Shown piece after piece: positions 58,731-64,000 of a stretch of 64,000 nt of DNA; within the stretch, counting starts at the first letter, position 1, and each line of letters starts with the position of its first letter. The notes beneath the pieces are model-generated. The model had not been told where the DNA came from and ran no database searches. It was given only the letters and a program-made list of their open reading frames with translations. The stretch is taken from assembly GCA_964647915.1 (NCBI GenBank), contig CAZYKA010000002.1:29822-93821 (forward strand), read 5' to 3'. A program made the translations under genes and the position numbers. Origin of the DNA: an uncultured Ferruginibacter sp. (lineage in GTDB: Bacteria > Bacteroidota > Bacteroidia > Chitinophagales > Chitinophagaceae).

Positions 58731-60431
58731 GTGGAAAAAAAATGGACGCTGTTGCCTGCAGAGGCACAGCAAGTAGAAGCATTAAAGGGAGCCCTAAAAA
58801 TAAATCCTGCGATTTGCAGGATATTAATACAACGGGGAATTGATACGTTTGAAAAAGCTAAGGAATTTTTTAATCCCGGTACGGCCGTCCTTCACGATCC
58901 CTTCCTGATGAAAGATATGATCATTGCAGTTGAAAGGATAAAGGAGGCATTTCGTAAAAAGGAAAATATCCTGATTTTTGGGGATTATGATGTGGATGGG
59001 ACAACTGCTGTGGCCATGACATATCAATATTTTTCAGAAGTATATGATCCAAGCCATTTGTTTTATTATGTTCCACACCGGTATCGTGAAGGATATGGTG
59101 TGAGTTTGAATGGAATTGAACTGGCTAAGAAAAAGGGATGTACCCTGATCATTTCATTGGATTGCGGTATTAAATCTGTCGATTTAATAGGCCGTGCAAA
59201 AGAAATGGGTATTGATTTTATTGTTTGCGACCATCACCTGCCCGATGATACCCTTCCTCCCGCTTTAGCTATCCTCAATGCAAAACAGGATGGATGCCTG
59301 TATCCATATAAAGAACTTTGTGGATGTGGCGTTGGATTTAAATTGATCTCTGCAATTTCCTTTTCGCTAGGATTGCCGGACGAAACCCACTTTCGGTACC
59401 TCGACCTGGTTGCTACCGCTATAGCCGCAGACATTGTTCCCATGACCGGTGAAAACAGAAGTCTTGCCACTTTAGGATTACAAAAAATTAATTTCCACCC
59501 TTCACCGGGAATAAAATCGCTGATTGAACTGGGAGGAATTAAGCCTCCATTAAACATCAGCAACGTAGTTTTTGTAATTGCTCCGCGTGTAAATGCAGCA
59601 GGAAGGATGGATGATGCCTTAAAAGCAGTGAAAATGTTCATTGAAAAAGACGAACCAAAAGCGCTGGAACTGGCAAGAATGCTCCATTCCGATAACCATG
59701 ACCGAAAATTGGCAGACAGCAGCATTACCCAGGAAGCATTAGAAATACTGGTAGCCGACCCAAAGTTTGAATCCAGAAAATCATCCGTCGTTTTTCATGA
59801 AAGCTGGCACAAAGGAGTGGTAGGAATTGTGGCTTCCCGGCTAATTGAACATCATTACAGGCCAACCGTTGTACTTACACGAAGTGGCGATCTGGTTACC
59901 GGCAGCGCCAGAAGCGTTCCCGGATTTAACTTATACGAAGCCATTCATGCCTGCCGCGATAATCTGGTGGCTTATGGCGGGCACTTTGCCGCAGCCGGAT
60001 TGTCGATGCAACCCGATATGGTTGATCGGTTCAGGGAAGACTTTGATTCCGTTGTGCGTTCTACCATCTCCCCCAACCTGCTGGTGCCTGAAATTTTGAT
60101 TGATGCAGAAATCTCATTTTTGGATATTACCCCATCATTTCAAAATACCCTTAACCGGTTTGAACCCTGTGGCCCGGAAAATATGTTTCCGGTTTTCCTT
60201 ACCCGAAGGGTAAAAAATAGAGGATCTTACCTTATTAAGAACGAACATATAAAATTTTCTCTTCAGCAGGAGAACTGCATATTTTCCGGGATCGGATTCA
60301 GGATGTCCGAAAAAATGAAAATCCTGGATGAATCTGAAAATATTGACATATTGTACTGCATTGAAGAAAATATATGGAATGGAAATCGTTCCTTACAATT
60401 AAGAGTAATTGATTTTAGGGCCACTCCATAA
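58731..60431 (+). CDS. recJ: Single-stranded DNA exonuclease RecJ
   Basis: GDYDVDG, DCG, DHH, PRVNAAGR, GSARS, GGHFAAAG. Confidence 0.98.
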   Translation: MEKKWTLLPAEAQQVEALKGALKINPAICRILIQRGIDTFEKAKEFFNPGTAVLHDPFLMKDMIIAVERIKEAFRKKENILIFGDYDVDGTTAVAMTYQYFSEVYDPSHLFYYVPHRYREGYGVSLNGIELAKKKGCTLIISLDCGIKSVDLIGRAKEMGIDFIVCDHHLPDDTLPPALAILNAKQDGCLYPYKELCGCGVGFKLISAISFSLGLPDETHFRYLDLVATAIAADIVPMTGENRSLATLGLQKINFHPSPGIKSLIELGGIKPPLNISNVVFVIAPRVNAAGRMDDALKAVKMFIEKDEPKALELARMLHSDNHDRKLADSSITQEALEILVADPKFESRKSSVVFHESWHKGVVGIVASRLIEHHYRPTVVLTRSGDLVTGSARSVPGFNLYEAIHACRDNLVAYGGHFAAAGLSMQPDMVDRFREDFDSVVRSTISPNLLVPEILIDAEISFLDITPSFQNTLNRFEPCGPENMFPVFLTRRVKNRGSYLIKNEHIKFSLQQENCIFSGIGFRMSEKMKILDESENIDILYCIEENIWNGNRSLQLRVIDFRATP

Positions 60432-60441
60432 TTTTTGCTGA

Positions 60442-61110
60442 TTGAAGTTTTTCACTTATATCCGATACTTTTTCTTCCTGGCCCATAAATGGGATATATC
60501 TTTTGCCTGGAAATCCATCCTTGATGACCAAAAGGGCGAAAGAAAATATGGAATTGATAGCGCAGGTTTCGACGACCTCAGACACGTGGCAGAAAAAGGC
60601 ATAGACATAAGCCATGCCACCCTTTACATGCCGGCTCCCTACCGGTTACTGGAAAACATTTTCAATTATCTGCAACCGTTTTCGTTACATCATTTTTTAG
60701 ACATTGGTGCAGGAAAAGGCAGGGCCCTGTGCATAGCTCCCTCTTTCGGATTTCAAGGCGTGGAAGGCGTTGAATTTTCAAAAAAGTTTTGTGAAGAAGC
60801 CAAAGCCAACCTGGCTCGTTGCAATAAAAAGAAAACTTTCAATTGGAAAATACACCACAACGATGCCTATTATTTCGATATCCCTGCCAAGACGGATTGC
60901 ATTTTGATCTTCAATCCATTTGATGAATTCTTACTGACCGGAGTAATTCAAAACATTGATAACAGCCTTCAACAAAATCCACGGCGATTGTATATAATTT
61001 ACATTACCCCCTTGTATAAAGACCTGTTCTTTGAATCCGGATATGATGTTATCGCGCGTTTCAAGCCGGAAGAACATGTAGAGGCCATTGTATTCAAAAA
61101 AAGTGGCTGA
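60442..61110 (+). CDS. Class I SAM-dependent methyltransferase
   Basis: FLDIGAGKGR, GVEF, NDA, FNPF; TTG start uncertain. Confidence 0.85.
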   Translation: MKFFTYIRYFFFLAHKWDISFAWKSILDDQKGERKYGIDSAGFDDLRHVAEKGIDISHATLYMPAPYRLLENIFNYLQPFSLHHFLDIGAGKGRALCIAPSFGFQGVEGVEFSKKFCEEAKANLARCNKKKTFNWKIHHNDAYYFDIPAKTDCILIFNPFDEFLLTGVIQNIDNSLQQNPRRLYIIYITPLYKDLFFESGYDVIARFKPEEHVEAIVFKKSG

Positions 61111-61126
61111 GCGAAAGCCCAGCCAT
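61103..61126. terminator. Hairpin between convergent methyltransferase and htpG
   Basis: TGGCTGaGC-GAAA-GCcCAGCCA with A/T-rich flanks. Confidence 0.65.
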
Positions 61127-61150
61127 TAATGATTTATTTTGAAACAACCC

Positions 61151-62986
61151 CTAACTTATCGGTTCAGTATTGTGTTCCATAAGTTCAACACTACGCTGAA
61201 TAAACTCGGTAAGGCGATTGCCGGTAAGCAAACCCTGCGAAAGCAGGGCAAGGTCGGAAAGATTCTTTACCTGTTTTTCCTGCTTGCTGTTGTCAGTTTC
61301 GGAAAGAATTTGCTGAAACACCGGGTGATTGCCATTTACGGTGAGGTTAACTTCATCGGGCATCTGGGCATACCAGGCCGCCATTCCTCCACCCATCGCA
61401 GCCATATCTTTCATACGGCGCATTTGCTCTGGGCGTGTAGCCGTAACCGGTAGGCTGGTAGCCGGAAGCCCTTTTACAGAAACCTGGATGTGCAACCCCT
61501 CCTGAGGTTGGTTAAAAAGTTTTTCCAGCTTTTCAATTTCCTCTTTATTTAATACCGATTCCGTTCCTTCCGATTTATCAATCAGATTATCTGCAATGTC
61601 GGCATCAATCCGGGTGAAAACCACATCGTTCCACTTCATTTCGATATTGTTAATGAAGGCGGCATCCACGAGGGTCTCCATCTTCACCACGGTGTATCCT
61701 TTTTCCTTAGCTCCTTTAATAAAGGTGTCCTGCTGCACCGGGTTGGTGCTGTACAATACAACCTGTTTGCCTTCCTTATTCTTTTGGATGGCTTCGGTGG
61801 CCAGCTTATATTCATCGAGGGTATAAAATTTCCCTTCGGTATCCTCCATTACAAAAAACTTTGCGGCTTTTTCCAAAAACTTATCATCCGTCATCATCCC
61901 ATACTTCACAAACAGGCCCAGGCTCTCCCATTTTTCTTCAAATGATTTCCTGTTGGTACGGAAAATTTCATCCAGCTTATCGGCCACCTTTTTGGTGATA
62001 TACCCGTTAATCTTTCGAACATTTGGATCGCCCTGGAGGTAACTACGACTAACATTCAAGGGGATATCGGGGCTGTCGATTACTCCATGAAGCAACATCA
62101 AAAATTCGGGGACAATATCCTTCACTTCATCGGTAACAAATACCTGGTTGCTGTATAACTGGATTTTGTCTTTTTGAATTTCGTACGACTGTTTGATTTT
62201 CGGGAAGTACAAAATACCGGTAAGGTTAAACGGATAATCCACATTCAGGTGTATCCAAAACAAAGGCGTTTCACCAAATGGATACAATTCCTTGTAAAAT
62301 TTTTCGTAATCCTCATCGGTTAATTCGGATGGCTTTTTCGTCCAGGCGGGGGTAGGGTTGTTTACCTGCTTTTCCTGGAAATAAATAGGTACAGGAAGAA
62401 ACCGGCAGAATTTTTCCAGCATTTCCGAAATCCTGTGTTCTTCCAGGAATTCTTTACTCTCTTCATTGAGGTGTAGCACGATGGATGTTCCCCGGTTTTC
62501 CTTTTCGGTATCTTCCAAAATATATTCGGGGCTTCCGTCACATTCCCATCGCACGGCGGTGGCTCCTTCTTTATGACTTTTTGTAAAAATTTCAACTTTA
62601 TCGCTTACCATAAACGAACTGTAGAAACCTAAACCAAAGTGGCCTATGATATTATTTTCATTCTGGCCTTTGTATTTATTCAGGAATTCTTCTGCACTGC
62701 TGAAAGCTACCTGGTTAATGTATTTGTCCACTTCGTCTGAAGTCATCCCAATTCCATTGTCTGCGATAGTGAGCGTACCTGCCTCCTTATTAATGGAAAC
62801 TTCCACTTTTAGAACGCCAATTTCCCCCTTTACTTCACCAAGGGAGGCGAGGGTCTTTAACTTTTGGGAGGCATCTACGGCATTGCTAATCAATTCCCTG
62901 ATAAAAATGTCGTGCTCACTATATAGAAATTTCTTAATGATGGGAAAAATGTTTTCCGTTTGCACACGGATATTTCCTTTTTGCAT
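61151..62986 (-). CDS. htpG: Molecular chaperone HtpG (Hsp90)
   Basis: FIRELISNA, DNGIGM, IGHFGLGFYS, PLNVSRSYLQ. Confidence 0.98.
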   Translation of the reverse strand: MQKGNIRVQTENIFPIIKKFLYSEHDIFIRELISNAVDASQKLKTLASLGEVKGEIGVLKVEVSINKEAGTLTIADNGIGMTSDEVDKYINQVAFSSAEEFLNKYKGQNENNIIGHFGLGFYSSFMVSDKVEIFTKSHKEGATAVRWECDGSPEYILEDTEKENRGTSIVLHLNEESKEFLEEHRISEMLEKFCRFLPVPIYFQEKQVNNPTPAWTKKPSELTDEDYEKFYKELYPFGETPLFWIHLNVDYPFNLTGILYFPKIKQSYEIQKDKIQLYSNQVFVTDEVKDIVPEFLMLLHGVIDSPDIPLNVSRSYLQGDPNVRKINGYITKKVADKLDEIFRTNRKSFEEKWESLGLFVKYGMMTDDKFLEKAAKFFVMEDTEGKFYTLDEYKLATEAIQKNKEGKQVVLYSTNPVQQDTFIKGAKEKGYTVVKMETLVDAAFINNIEMKWNDVVFTRIDADIADNLIDKSEGTESVLNKEEIEKLEKLFNQPQEGLHIQVSVKGLPATSLPVTATRPEQMRRMKDMAAMGGGMAAWYAQMPDEVNLTVNGNHPVFQQILSETDNSKQEKQVKNLSDLALLSQGLLTGNRLTEFIQRSVELMEHNTEPIS

Positions 62987-63020
62987 ATCTGGTAAGTTTA
63001 AATTTAACGGCAGAACCTTA

Positions 63021-63035
63021 TCAAAAAAAAGACCA
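63021..63035 (-). promoter_or_regulatory. Sigma54-like -24/-12 promoter for htpG
   Basis: Minus strand TGG-TCTTTTTTTT-GA = GG-N10-G(A), 34 nt upstream of ATG. Confidence 0.5.
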
Positions 63036-63155
63036 TTTGAAACCGGAAGGACAATTTGACACCATACCCACCCTTTTTAGACAAATCTCTGAAAAACAGG
63101 CAAAATTGGAACGGGAAATGCTATCGGAAAGACAGAACTATGGGAGAAAATAATT

Positions 63156-63185
63156 AAAAAAGGGCCACCCTTTCGGGCAGCCCTT
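63156..63185 (-). terminator. Intrinsic terminator after T9SS cargo gene
   Basis: AAGGGCTGCCC-GAAA-GGGTGGCCCTT followed by a U-run. Confidence 0.9.
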
Positions 63186-63210
63186 AAAGCTTTATGTTGA
63201 AAATTCTAAA

Positions 63211-64000
63211 TTAAAGCTTGATAACAGATCCGGTTTTGATCCGGTTTCCGGAACGATCCAACAATTCTACACGGTAAATTCCCGCGGAGTACTTGCTTAA
63301 ATCGAAACTAAGGCTTTGATATTGAGTGGCAATACTAAAGGTTTTTGAGATTACTCTTGACCCTTTAGAATCGTACACATTTACCTGGCGAACCAATGGA
63401 GTGGTACTTGCTTCGCTGTAATAGCGAACGGAGAACTGGCCGGTGGTTGGGCTTGGATAAATAAACAGTACGGTGTTTGGAGTTCCTTTTACTAAAACTG
63501 CATCGCTTGTGTTTACACATCCATTTACATCTGTAACTTTTACGGATACATTCCCGATATAATCTACGGTAGCGTTAAAGGTACCGTTGGTTGCACCTGA
63601 AATGGGCGATCCATTTAAGAACCACTGGTATGCGGCGCCGCCCGGGTTAGAGGTAGCGGTGAGCAAGGTGGGTGAACCAGGATAAACAGTTCCCGGATTA
63701 TTGATGGAAACGGTTGGAGTTGGGTTAACAGTTACGGTTGCATTATTAGAAACTACCGTATTGTTACAACTTGCAGAAACCAGGTGAATTAAAACTCCGT
63801 TATCATCCATAGTTACTTCATCAACCGAAAGAGTAGAAGTAGAGGTTCCACTGATACCTGAACCATCATTAATTGGAGACCATGTGGCGCCACCATCTGT
63901 ACTTACTTCCCATTGGTATGCTGCCGGTCCGCCGGTTACCGTTGCAGTAACGCTTAAAGGCAATCCTTCGCAAATGGTAATATTTGGAACGGTAACAGCA
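63211..64000 (-). CDS. T9SS type A sorting domain protein with Ig-like repeats, 3' part (5' end outside window)
   Basis: Frame open to window edge; YQW Ig-like repeats; C-terminal IYPSPTTG...VYD..G...LSKYSAGIY...VIKL sorting signal. Confidence 0.92.
   Translation of the reverse strand, partial: AVTVPNITICEGLPLSVTATVTGGPAAYQWEVSTDGGATWSPINDGSGISGTSTSTLSVDEVTMDDNGVLIHLVSASCNNTVVSNNATVTVNPTPTVSINNPGTVYPGSPTLLTATSNPGGAAYQWFLNGSPISGATNGTFNATVDYIGNVSVKVTDVNGCVNTSDAVLVKGTPNTVLFIYPSPTTGQFSVRYYSEASTTPLVRQVNVYDSKGSRVISKTFSIATQYQSLSFDLSKYSAGIYRVELLDRSGNRIKTGSVIKL

Overview
64 kb of core chromosome from a Bacteroidota bacterium, most likely Chitinophagaceae-like. The evidence is TAnnTTTG '-7' promoters, a T9SS cargo gene, the bamD-rpoZ-coaBC-DUF4835 and STAS-rnz gene orders, and a Zn-free L36. 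The window has about 65 mostly housekeeping CDS (der/era, ddl, degP, ispH, cmk, clpC, rnz, dapA, glmS, aroQ, carA, infA-rpmJ-rpsMKD-rpoA-rplQ, tgt, rsmG, rsmI, purS, pckA, scoAB, coaBC, rpoZ, bamD, recJ, htpG), an initiator tRNA-Met and a TPP riboswitch ahead of a TonB-dependent receptor. I see no CRISPR array, transposase, integrase, prophage or recognisable defence system. The best candidates for undescribed biology are: (1) the DUF4954-type protein after glmS, which has a GlmU-acetyltransferase-like beta-helix motif; (2) two predicted H-type RNA pseudoknots in the alpha operon, before rpsK and rpsD; (3) an acnA-DUF488-FMN glutamate-synthase-like-flavin reductase cluster with a structured leader; (4) matching sigma54-like promoters plus a shared upstream motif at degP and htpG; (5) a repeat-rich 710-bp spacer before glmS; (6) an apparent excess of CCGG. 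Family names were assigned by eye from motifs, with no database search. Several ORF-track starts were shortened using promoter or signal-peptide evidence.
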